Assembly: GCA_011109175.1 (NCBI GenBank)
Contig: RDEW01000026.1
Span: forward strand, 637,695-701,694
Origin: Dicyema japonicum
Lineage: Eukaryota; Animalia; Dicyemida
Length of the DNA: 64,000 nucleotides
Direction of reading: 5' to 3'
Shown piece after piece: positions 37,300 through 48,519 of the stretch. A model generated the notes under the pieces. It saw only the letters and a list, made by a program, of their open reading frames with translations, was not told the origin of the DNA and searched no databases. A program made the translations under genes and the position numbers. Every line of letters starts with the position of its first letter. The stretch's first letter is position 1.

Positions 37300-39950
37300 G
37301 AGTTATTTGGCCTCATGCCGCAAGTCCTGCAAACGCTTGGACTCTTCTCTGCGCTCTCAGACCCCTCTTATCGTTTATTCTGTGCTGCAACATACGATTC
37401 AATGATGGCATCTCTTTTTAGGAAGTTTTCCAACGGAGGAGGATTTTCTCCTCCATTTTCCAAACACATGAAATCCAGTTTTCTTCCTGTAGAGGCTACG
37501 GCTTTTCTGGCCATCTGACAACAACCATAACTCTTCCCGTGATCACCAGACTCGCAGTTGATACAAGATCTTCTATTGTTCGGTTCCGAGAACTACGGGG
37601 ACTGTGTGAAGAAACATCTCTTTGCCCCATTGCAATGTGTCCGAAATATTGACAATTAAAGCATCTAGGGGGATATCTTCTGGCCCACTCACATTCAATT
37701 TCCATCCACCCAATGACAAGACCCAGGCGTATCAAGGACGTAGCTTCTGACTGTAAGCTCATCTTCACAACACGGAGTTTTTTTCCATTCCTTACAATAC
37801 GTTTCATCGACTCAGTGGTTGGAGCAATTTCTTTCATATAAGCTTAAGTTCGTCTTCAACTGTCAACCAATGATCTGTCGACTCCATTCTGGTCGTCGAT
37901 TTGGGTTTACCTTTCCCAGTTAACGGTTCCAGAGACAGATCCTTAATGCGATATTTTTTAAAAGCTTTTTAGAGGGGGCGATGAATTGAATAAGTTTGGG
38001 AACTCCTGCTATAACCAACAAAGTGGGACTAATAGCCCAAAAAAGAATAACTGGCACAAGGACTAACAAGAATAAACCAGCTCTTCAGCCACGAGAATCA
38101 ACCTGGCTACCCAGAGAAAAGATACCAGGGAGAATTGCAAAAGAACTGGAGAAAATAATATCAAGACTAAAAGAACTAAGCGGTATACTCGGGGTGGATT
38201 TACGAAGAATGGTGGACCTGGCAATGGAGAGCCCGGGCCACCTAAAAGAAAATTAAAAAAAAACCTGAAGATAGTGCTGGTGAATGCCCGATCCCTGAGG
38301 AAGAGGCGTCACGACCTGCCACTACTCCTGTCGTCCACCAAGATTGACATCCTGGTGGTCAACGAGACCAAGGTTAAAAAGACTAACACAACAATGCTAG
38401 AGGGATATAATTCTATAGAAATACCATAGGGGGAAGGTGCTGAGACTATCACTGGAACTACATTATTCTACAGTAATGATCTACATATACGTTAGCCAAA
38501 AGTTATCATGAATACACATTGTGAATTTGTTTCCGTTGAGGTACGCTGTCGTGGCTTTTGGATGCACCTAGGAGGGATGTAATCAAATGACCTCAGAAAG
38601 TGCTCCACAGAAATTGAAGAATTTTTTGCAGGAAACGTATGTCTGTCCTGGTAGGAGATCTAAACGCCAAGAACGTTAAATATGGATGCCTCGAACGAGG
38701 ATGGAGTCAGACTAGCAAAATTATGTGATAAAGCTGGTTTCGAGATCATGACGTCGGAGGAGCAGAATCACTTCTCGTATCAGGGTGGAGGTATCATTGG
38801 CGTGTTCCTGGTGTCACCACTGCGCTACACTTATGTGGGGATACCGATGATCATGTGGGACATCGGGAGCGATCACATCCTTCAAGAAATGACACTGAAC
38901 CTGGCTCCTGACACTACGGAGTCAGTTTTTACAGGTTATCAAGGCTAAATTGAGAACACTATAGAAGATACATATCTAGAAACCTCAAAAAGTGGAAGGA
39001 GGGACCTTATTCCCGAAGTGAAATTGACAACATAGACAGAGAGATTTCAATTGTGATGGAGAGACACTTATCATTTTACGCTAGGAGGATACTCTCCGGT
39101 ACTAATTATAAAAAAAACATCACTTTGTCCCCTTCTACGTTATCTTTGATTGGAAAAAGAAACCGATTGAAGAACAAACTCAGAAGATCTGTCGACTGGA
39201 TGACCGGATTACATTGACCGGTCAACTGAAGATGATCAAAAAGGCCATTGAAGAGGGAACAAGACTGAGTCAAGAACAATGTTGGAGCGTCGAGGCAACC
39301 AAACTAAACGCCTAAGACCCCTCGTTTAGGAAGATATACTGGCCAGAAAAGGAATGATGTGAGAATCTTTTTGATCAAGCCAGGAAGTGGATCATGTTCT
39401 AGGGAAGAAGCCCCAGATATCTTTAAGATGCAACTAGAACCGGTATTCAGGGAGTCAACCCATTAAAGCTGATTTCGAGGGAAGAGTTGGGAGCTTCACA
39501 AGAACTTTTTCCTATTCTCCGGACGATCTCAAAGATACTTTTATAAAGATAAAGACAGAGGACGTCGTGATTGCCATTAGAGCATGCAAAGCTAACGCCC
39601 CTGGACATGACCATATTAGCATGAGAATGTTCAAGGAAGGTCCAGAGGATCTGCTGCTTGTGCTGAAAAGTTTATTCAACGCAAGCATTGATCATGGATA
39701 TATCCCAAGACGCTGGAAAATTTCTATTGTCAGGATGATACTTAAACCAAGAAAGTCGGGGAGAGACCCCCTTAACTATAGGTATCAGCTTAATCTGCTC
39801 TATCTCCTAGATTGCTGAGACTAAACGAACAGATGGAAGAGAGCTGTTTCTTCCCCGCGGAACAATGTGGCTTCAGACCCGGGAAATCCTGCACGATTGT
39901 ATCCACCACATGCATTCGATGGTACTGAGAGATTCGAAAATATGTGTGGG
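37300..39950. mobile_element. Jockey/I-like LINE with inverted 5' segment (ORF1 knuckle on -, ORF1 end/APE/RT start on +)
   Basis: Minus 37496..37837 PRCFNCQYFGHIA. Plus: LVNARSL...DILVVNETK, VGDLNA, GSDH, NAPGHDHI, YR. Confidence 0.75.
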
Positions 39951-39984
39951 AATATGCTGAGCATGTACTGAAGTGTTTGAGTAT

Positions 39985-40100
39985 CCTCAGAAACAAAATC
40001 CAGATAGTCCGCATAAATTATCTCGTTTCCAATCAGGGCCCTGAACTCTCTTAATGCAGCTTCAAGATAAACAATGAAGAGGACTGGGGATAGCGAGTAA
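39985..40100 (-). mobile_element. Short RT fragment of the 27723-30745 RTE family
   Basis: Aligns to 28515-28640 (LSPVLFIVYLEAALREF...IIYADYLDF). Confidence 0.75.
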
Positions 40101-40240
40101 GTTGAACGCCGTGTAAAATAGTTTCAGTGACTCTCCATGAAGGTTGCGACGATTTTTTCCGTGTATGAACGAGTTTTGCTCGCTATTGTGAAAGGGAATA
40201 GCCATACGGTTCTGGTTTCCTCACTTAATTATACGGAATT
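40100..40240 (+). mobile_element. CRE C-terminal fragment
   Basis: ERVLLAIVKGNSHTVL terminal motif. Confidence 0.6.
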
Positions 40241-40249
40241 ATGTTTAAC

Positions 40250-40700
40250 TTTAAATTTTTATTGCCGTTTTAGACATTTTTCCTGATTTTTACAAAATTG
40301 GGTTATTTGCCAAACCCTTGGCATTGAAAATACTGAATTTCGATTTCCTTAACTGACTTCGTAAAACCAACGTCCAGTCAACGAGAGATTGGGATTCTAC
40401 GCTTTTTAAAACTTTCTAAGTGTAGTTCTTCCAAAATTCTAAGCCAAATAATCTTTATATCCTCCATTTCATACATTCATTGACCATTGACCACCAAGTG
40501 ATTACTTCAAAGTAGTTATATCTATATTCATAGCCCACTCTATTAAACTTTAAAATAATAAATTTAATGATGTAAAGTAAAAAGAACCTGACAATTTTGA
40601 CCTCGATTCTGAGAAAACCAAACCTCGGTTTTTGGATCATCCTAAGATTTTTGAACATCTTGTAGGATTTGAATAGATATGGAAAAGACTAAAAATTTCA
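40250..40700 (-). pseudogene. Probable pogo/DDE_1 transposase C-terminal remnant
   Basis: IWLRILEELHLESFKKRRI resembles the W..I..E.I..SFKK.GI end of DDE_1; otherwise degraded. Confidence 0.4.
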
Positions 40701-40787
40701 ATGTGGAACAAACTTAATTAATTGTGCCTTTATTGTATATTTCAAATTAAAATTTAAGTTACGTAATATCCATTTTACTTTCTTAAA

Positions 40788-41409
40788 ATGAGCATCAAGA
40801 AAAATATCTCTTTTATCGAAAAAATCTACTCTCAAATTCTTACACAAAATTTCGGAACGAGCATTGAAACTGTTGCTCGAATAATAAAATTCTTCAAAAT
40901 TATTAATACTTTATCGACCAATAAGATATTTTTGGAATTTCTCTACAAAGTAAATTTACGACGCTGATTTAAATCTGAGGCAAAATATAAATCATGAATT
41001 TTCTATAAAATGTTAAAATTTACAACAAAGAAACAATCTCAATCATAAGCGATGTATCCGAAATTATAATTGAGTTATTACACAAGGAAGAAATCTATGA
41101 TGAAATATAACGGTGAATCAGAGAAAATGAATTAATAAAAGGAACCCTCAAGCAAATTAATGATTTGAAAGAATCTATTTTATATTCCGCTTCGGATTCT
41201 CTGGGTTTTACTAGTGAGAAAAAACTTGAAAAAATATGGATTTGGGAGTAGAATTGGACATTTTGCTAATACGCCATAATAAACTTTGTTAAGTTTTTAT
41301 GCATTATTATTTCACAAAATCATAATTATTTATAACTTTTAAGTTTTCTCTCAAATTTGAAACAACCTCGGTATTTGAAAGCTTGGTGTTCCAAATCGAG
41401 GTCGTACTG
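40788..41409 (+). mobile_element. Tigger-like remnant with right TIR
   Basis: HTH-like LTQNFGTSIETVARIIK; right end GGTGTTCCAAATCGAGGTCGTACTG|TA, partly duplicated at 41431-41449. Confidence 0.55.
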
Positions 41410-41530
41410 TATTAAATTGGTGTACTTATGTTCCAAATCGTACTGTATTAACAAAATAATCAATATTTGACCTATTTTTGAATTCCCGATAATATATTTA
41501 ATTTATTAATCATATTGCGTTTTAATCAGG

Positions 41531-41758
41531 ATGCGAATGGTATTTCTCTGTCTTCTCTTTATGAAATGTTCTTGTCTTTTAAATGGGCTAGTGAATACAT
41601 TTAATAGATATTTTTACGGTGATGAGATCGATGAGGTTAATTTAAGATAATTTTAGGCTAATCAAATAAAAACGGTCATAATATTTTTTGGAATCTTTTT
41701 AACCAGTTTATTTTCTCTCTCGTTGATATTTTACATAATTTATAAAAAAAATAACTAA
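41531..41758 (+). CDS. Spliced microprotein gene, 68 aa: signal peptide, short acidic ectodomain, TM helix, KKNN tail
   Basis: Exons 41531-41635 and 41657-41758; 21-nt GT-AG intron with in-frame TAA. Product MRMVFLCLLFMKCSCLLNGLVNTFNRYFYGDEIDE/ANQIKTVIIFFGIFLTSLFSLSLIFYIIYKKNN*. Confidence 0.7.
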
Positions 41759-42199
41759 AACCCAAAGAAATATTTTTCATTAAATATTAATAATTCATTC
41801 TTAAATTTAATTATCTTAGTACTTTATTAGCACATATTAATTGGTGATCCAATTATGCTAGTATTAAAGAATAACCCATTATTAGTTCAAGTTTAGTTCA
41901 ACCTCAGAGAAGAAATAAAACTCCTTGTTGCAAACTTGATAAACTCTGAAGCAAAAGCTACATTCCTTGTCTGTTTAGAAATAGAGAGGCAAAAGAACAT
42001 CTGAGCTGACAAGAGAAAAATACCAAGTTATAAGAAAATCTATGAAATTATAGTGTTTTAGCACTCATTTGTAGAAAATAAAACGAGACAATAAAAGTCT
42101 GAAGAACCTTGTATTCAAAATTCTTAATAAACCGGATAAGATTATGATTATTAATTGCACCCCGACCAGTCATAAAGTTAATGATGATCCCCTTGTGCC

Positions 42200-43215
42200 T
42201 CTTAAACAACAATTCTGTTCCACATCCTCCAGGTACCTCTTTTCTTTGCCAACTGTCTCAAGTTATCACTTTAGATAATTTTTAGGTCTTGGTTCAGCAC
42301 TGATGGTAATGTTTTCTTAGTAATACGCCTCCGAATTGCGCAAAGTATATTTCTGTGGCAATGTTGTGTCGAAATCCATTCGCAGATTATGACCAAAAAG
42401 TTTCCATTTTGAATTCAGAATTTCCAAAGTTTGTGAATTACATTTTCGTATAAATAAGTGTTCGAGATCTTTAACGGATATCTTATCTGCCGCATGGAGA
42501 AAGCTGTATAGATTCTGTGATTCCTGCTTTGAAAGCCCCAGGTTACATTTCAGAATTATAATTATATATCTTTATGGTAGCTTTTTTTGATCCCCATACG
42601 GATAGAAGTTTTCTGAACGCTCCACCTGCCAGGATCTTCCTACTAATGACATCTTTGTTTTCCAAAAGTGTTCCAAAATTTATGTGCCTTCTCCACGATT
42701 CGTCGAAACGTCTTTCTGATCACATAGAAATGTTGATGTTTACTTGATCTGTATTATTGTCACTAACGGATACTATTTCTGATCTTAAAGTTTCGTTTAT
42801 GACCTTTTTAATTGGAGTTGCAATGCAAAAGTTGGTCACTGTCTTTGGAGAGAACTCTATGGGCAGGCATGCCAGGTGAGAAAAAATATGTCAGGAGAGT
42901 CGCTTGTACAATTTTGTAACGTTTTTGATTACTTTATTTGTCATTCGATCATAATGCGAAACATAAAACTACATGGACTTGACTCAGAAAAATGGAAATG
43001 GAGATTACTCCACATATACAACAACAAAAAAAATTCCCGCAGATATGGAAGCGCCAACATTCATAGTGATCATAAACTGCTTGTTGGACGATTCAGAATG
43101 AAAAGATATTTCGGAATATATGGAGATATAGAGAAGAGAGCTTACCTGGAGCGTTTTATTGTGGAAAAATTATGCTTATGTGAGAAAACGCGTAAAGATT
43201 ATTGTATGGCAATTT
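42200..43215. mobile_element. RTE-family remnant: RT C-terminus on - (42200-42860) abutting APE on + (42860-43215)
   Basis: Minus: RRFDESWRRH, TLPSVLNQDLK. Plus: GESLVQFC, HSDHKLLVGRF. Confidence 0.7.
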
Positions 43216-43224
43216 AGAAGGAGA

Positions 43225-43538
43225 TTAATAATAATAATAGCTTTTTCACGAGAGCCATAATATACCTCCTCATAGGCAGGACACACACTTTATTTAAGTA
43301 AAGAACAGTTAATTTTAACTAATCGTAGAACCAAGGATTGATCTTCACTTCTTTTTTCTTTTTCTTCCTTTCTAGACAATCCAGTTCTTCAGTGAGTATC
43401 CACTGATGACAACGTCACTCGTCAAACCATTTTAGCATCATAGATGCTTGGAACCTTCCACCAAGTGAACAGCAGCGATAATCGAACCCATAACCAAAGT
43501 CACTTTAGCCCGACACCTAACCACTATGCCACCTGGCT
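43225..43538 (-). mobile_element. tRNA-derived SINE, copy 2
   Basis: Reverse complement aligns end to end with 59860-60181; A box TGGCATAGTGG, B box GGTTCGATT, (TTA)n tail. Confidence 0.9.
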
Positions 43539-43707
43539 AAGAATGGACTGAGTATGAGATCATTAAATACTGAGTATAAGATTCTTCGATAGATACATCC
43601 CCCGACCCTATTAAAATATTATTGGAAATCCTATAGGTAAGTAAATTGTTTCATCGTTAAGAAATTTAAGGACCTCTACTATTATTTATGTGAAGAAATC
43701 CTCTAGC

Positions 43708-43790
43708 TAGTGGTTCTCAACGAGGGCGAATCGCCCCTTTTGGTCGATTTTTCTGATCAAGGGGGGGGGTCGATGGTCCTCGAGGAGTGT
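43708..43790 (+). mobile_element. hAT (Charlie-type) left end
   Basis: TAGTGGTTCTCAACGAGGGCGAATCGCCCC, preceded by CTCTAG target-like sequence. Confidence 0.65.
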
Positions 43791-43879
43791 CATATGAAAA
43801 ATTAAGGACAAATAAATAATCGAGTCTTAACCAAATAATTAAAACCAAAGAAAATCAATTGTAATTAATTAAACTATGC

Positions 43880-45576
43880 AAGCTGAATTCTTCTCCTTTT
43901 TGGGCATTGGCCCTTTGTATCACCCTCACTGTTCCCCTCGTATACCACTTGAGAAAACAAATCACTAGACAAGACAGCTGTTTCTCTTGGTTTCTCTTCT
44001 ACGTCACCTCGAGTTCAGAGCCTTTTGAGATAAGATCATTAGTCACTCTTGTAACCTCATCATCATAGTTATCAACTTTCAGCCCATATCTATGCTCGAA
44101 TATCATGCTCTCTAAAGTTTTTTTAATCGTCATTGATTGGATGTACGCCCTTGTAGAGACATCCACGTTGAGTCTTTCCATTTTGGACTTGTAGTACTTT
44201 GTTGCTACTCCATCCCATGTCAAAACAATCAGAATTATTATCACTTTGGCCTTGTGAATTTGTGCTAGTTCTCCTGCCAGAAGGTCATATTTGTGGAGTT
44301 TTTCCACTTTAACATGTTTTAGCAATTCTTGGGAAGTGATCCTTACTTCTATTAGTGTTATTTCGTTTTTAAATTGATCGTATACGAAAATATCAGGTTT
44401 GTTATTTTTTACTTGTATATCCGTTTGTAGTGTTCTATCGACTCGTATTTTAATTTTACTGTTTGACACAATCGATTGGACTGTATGCGTTTTTACCCTC
44501 TTGGTTCTTTTTATTCCAAATTGACGACACAGTTGTAGGGTATACATCTTACAACTCCGTTATGTCGCCGCATATACGCACCGCTAAGCATCCTGGTACA
44601 CCATGTAGCCAGGTGATCCACACTTTTTTGGCCATACCACAATGACTGCAATTTGCTTTCATCTCTTCAAAGAACAGATTCCGATCCTGTATCATGCAGT
44701 ACATTGGTTCCGACCTTGGACTATTGTTTCCTCCCAGTAAGCCATTCTGTTGATCCATTGATATCAGCATTCGTATTTTCAAAACACTTAAATATAATTG
44801 AATGAAGCAATTTCTGATTAGTCTAAATAATTCTTCTTTTGATATTCCTTTATATTGTTAGTGTTCAAGTTAGATAGGTCATCTACATTGTATTTGAGTG
44901 CAATAAATCTTGTGATAGTGGTCATATGTGTTTTTCTTTGTTTTAAGACCCGCAAGATTCCTGCCCTTCAAAAACACATGGAATATTTCCTCTCAAGGTC
45001 GGTCAAAAATTGAAATAACATGCATTCACTCTTATCAGAAATTGAGGTTAATTTTTTTCCAAAACTATTCCTGCTGAGATATAATCTTTCTTTGTTAGCA
45101 GGTTTTAAGTGCACTCGTAAGTTAGAGAGTATACGCCGGATTTCTAAATCAATAGCTTCAAATTCACGTGGTTCAATGTCGATAAGCCCAATGTAATAAT
45201 TATATAGCGAGAGTGCGTATTCATTTATGGTTTTAAACAAGTTTACAGCGTTTAATTTTGAATTCGCCACATCTCTATCCTTTTCTTCACATTTTCAGCA
45301 ATTTTCCCCATAACTTTGTCTTTCATAACCTTACTCCCTTTATCTTCTAACACTCCAAGATAGCGATATGCCTCACAACCATCAGATAACTTGTATCTTT
45401 GGCACATTTCAGATTAGTTGCAGACTTTTCACAGTTTTTTTAAGGCCAACAACACCCAGATATTCATCAACATCCTCCATCATTTTTATAATAGTATCTT
45501 CATATTCGGCAATTATTTCAAATCGTCAATAAAAAGAAAATGGTTAGTCGCATATGTCACAATTGACGGATCATTC
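43880..45576 (-). mobile_element. R4/Dong-like LINE family D, 3' half
   Basis: TYATNHFLFIDDLK, SKLNAVNLFKTINEY, HLKPANKERLY, NNKPDIF, LIEV, KLHKY. Confidence 0.9.
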
Positions 45577-48440
45577 TGATCAATGTTATGTTGTCCAATT
45601 AAGTCGTGTCCGACCCTTGGAGATCTCATGAACGAGTTTCCTCCACTCTCCCCGATCTGTTGCAATTTGGAGTAGCTTGATATAGGCATTCCCGTGACGT
45701 CTTCCACCGTGGATAGCCACCAAGTCCTTGGTCGGCCAGGTCTTCTCTTCCCAGTAATATTGCTCAGCATAATGGTTCTTTCCAGTGATCAGAGCGGACA
45801 ACATGCCCAAAGAACGCCAATCTGTGTTTTACGATTCTTCTTCTAGCGAAATGTCAGTCTCTACCCGTTTGAGTACATCGATGTTTGTTACTTTGAAAGT
45901 CCAAGGGATTCTTAGTAACCTCCTCTAGCACCACAGCTCAAAAGCATCAATTTTTCGTCTATCCGCCTTTTTCATATCCATGATTCTGCGCCGTATAGAA
46001 AAACCGGGAACACGATTGCATTAACTAGTCTGTATTTGGTCCTTAAGGAAATATCTTTGTTTTTCCAAATTCTATTCATTCTCTGGAAGGTGTCTCGTCC
46101 ATGGCAATTCGCCTCTTGATTTCCAAGCCTCCGTCATCATTCCGATTAATTAGGCATCCCAGAAAGACAACATTATTGCAACTCTCTATTTTCTCATTCC
46201 CAATTTTTAGTTCCATTATTCCATTATTAGCAGTCGTCATAATTTTGGTCTTACTGATATTTAGCAGTAAACCAAAGACGGTGCTCTCTTCTCTGAATTT
46301 CAGAATCAACTCCCTGAGGCCGTCTTCTGTTTCGGCCAGTAGCGTTGTATCGTCAGCATAGCGCAAATTATTGATGTTCCTGCCTCCAATTTTAATCCCG
46401 TTATTTGATACAGTATCCAATTTAGTCATGATCATTTCGGCATAAATATTGAATAGGAGATAATAAGCATCCTTGTCTTACAAATTTTGAACCAATCGGT
46501 ATCTCCATACACTGTTCTAACAATAGCTTCTTGATCCTTATAAAGAGATTTGATAATATCAGATGGGCATCGAATCCAAATTTTTTTGAAGCGGACCACA
46601 GCTTGTCATGTATAACGGAATCAAAAGCTTTCCAATAGTCAATGAAGCACATGTATACATTCTTTTGGGATTCATGGGCTTTCTCCATAATCCACCGGAC
46701 ATTTGCTATATGGTCACGTGTGTCTCGTCCCTTCCTGAATCCTGCTTGGACATCCGGTAGAATCATTTCGGCATTTGGCATTAGACGATGTTGTATTATC
46801 TTTAGAAGTATTTTGCTGACGTGGGGAATTAAGGCTATTGTACGATAGTTTGAACAGTCCTTGCTATCCCCTTTTTTCGGTATTGGAATAAATATAGATC
46901 TTTTCCACTCACGTGGCCAAATACCAATTTCCCAAATTTTTTGACATAGACTGGTGATAGCTGTCACCGGTATAGCCTTCAACAATTCACTTGAGATGTT
47001 GTCAATCCCCGGCGCCTTGTTCCCCGTTAATTGCCGTGTAGCCCACCCGCATTCCTCCTCAAGGATTTTATGCCCCTCACCCAACGTTGCTTCATCAACA
47101 CATATGAGTGGGCACACAGTTTCTGAATATAGTCGTTCGTATATTCTCTCCAACGATTTCGGATGTTCTGTTGGCCTAGCAATTCAACACCACGTGTCCT
47201 TGATTTTGCCCATCATTTTCGTAAAGGGGGTTCGTAATCTTTTTAGTTGTAAATACGCATTCCTAGTGTGACCTCTCTTATAGTCATCTTCCATTTTTTT
47301 GCAGTGTAACCTCCAGTAGTCTTCTTTATCCTTCCTGGCTGCCTTATTGAATTCAGAGTTAAGTTTTTTTATCTCGTCTATATTCCCAGAGACTTTAGCA
47401 GTTTTACAAGCCTCAACAATGTTTAGGATGTTGGCAGAGAGCCACTCAGAGCACTTGGCCGGCGTTTTGTATTTGACATGTTTTATTGCAGCGTTCCTGA
47501 TAACCAACTGCATATCATTCCATAATTCATTAGTCATCCTTCCGTTCAAATCCAGTAATCCAATATTGTGCTTAACTTACATTGCGAATTTCTTTACTCG
47601 GGGTATTCCAAGTGTTACTGAACTTCGTCCTAATTTTGCAACAAGTAGCTGATGGTATGTTCCACAGTCTGCCCCTGATATGTTTTGATGGATGTTATGG
47701 AGCTTTTCCAACGTTTGGCGCACAAAATATAATCAATCTGGTTCCTAGACATTCCATTTGGCGACGTCCAAGTGTATAATCGTCGTTTGTGCTGTTTGAA
47801 CCATTTGCTAGTTATCTGAAATCCATTTTCCTGACAGAATTGAACCAGTCGATCCCCAGCATCATTTCTTTTCCCCAAACCAAAACTTCCCATAATATCC
47901 GTGGCATACACCCAACTTTTGAATTGAAATCCCCCATTATGTAGATTATGTCCTTTTTGGTATTAGTTTTAGTGCCTCTTGAAAGTAATAATAAAATTGG
48001 TCAATTTCGTCATCCTTGGCAATAGATGTTGGGGCATACACTTGCATGACCGTGATATTCAATGGTCGTCCACGGACGTGGATTAGTATTATCCGATCAT
48101 TAAATATTCTATGACTTTCAGTAGCACGTGCAATTTTCTTTGAAGGCCACTCCGTTTCTCTTCGCATTAATGTTACCAGAATAATATTCGCTTACTCCAA
48201 GCAGGTCAATATCAAGCCTTCTCATTTCTTTTTTTACGACTTCTAGTTTCCCTTCGTTTAAGCCTCTTACGTTCCATGTTGCGAAATTGTGAGGTTCTGT
48301 GTGACGAAGACTCGAGATTTGATGTTTTGCAGTAACGTTGCTTCCAATTAGATCGTAGGAGAGTTTGCTAATAAGATTTTTTTGGCATTTAAATACAGGG
48401 TAGGTTGCCAGGTCTTTCCCCATCAACAGCTCTTATATTG
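45577..48440 (-). mobile_element. Full-length degenerate BovB-like RTE LINE nested in family D
   Basis: TWNVRGL, QVYAPT, NQIDYI, KAPGIDNI, NYRTIAL, QAGFR, FIDYWKAFDSV, LRYADDT and RRPGRPR; 3' GGGTCGGACACGACTT...ACAACA end. Confidence 0.9.
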
Positions 48441-48519
48441 GAATAAGTTTCAGAGAATGTATAAACACCACAACAACACGCTGTAACAACACGTGCAAAT
48501 TTACAAAATACATATCTTA

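Noticed and set aside
21846-41758. Ciliate-type code (TAA/TAG = Gln) as the explanation for in-frame stops
   Set aside because: The roughly 980-codon RTE ORF and the long R4/Helitron ORFs contain no internal TAA/TAG, and non-3n introns (22 and 23 nt) are still needed to keep frame.
43385-43440. Hammerhead ribozyme in the SINE antisense strand (CTGATGA after a hairpin)
   Set aside because: No GAAA after the putative stem II in either copy, and no stem III/NUH site.
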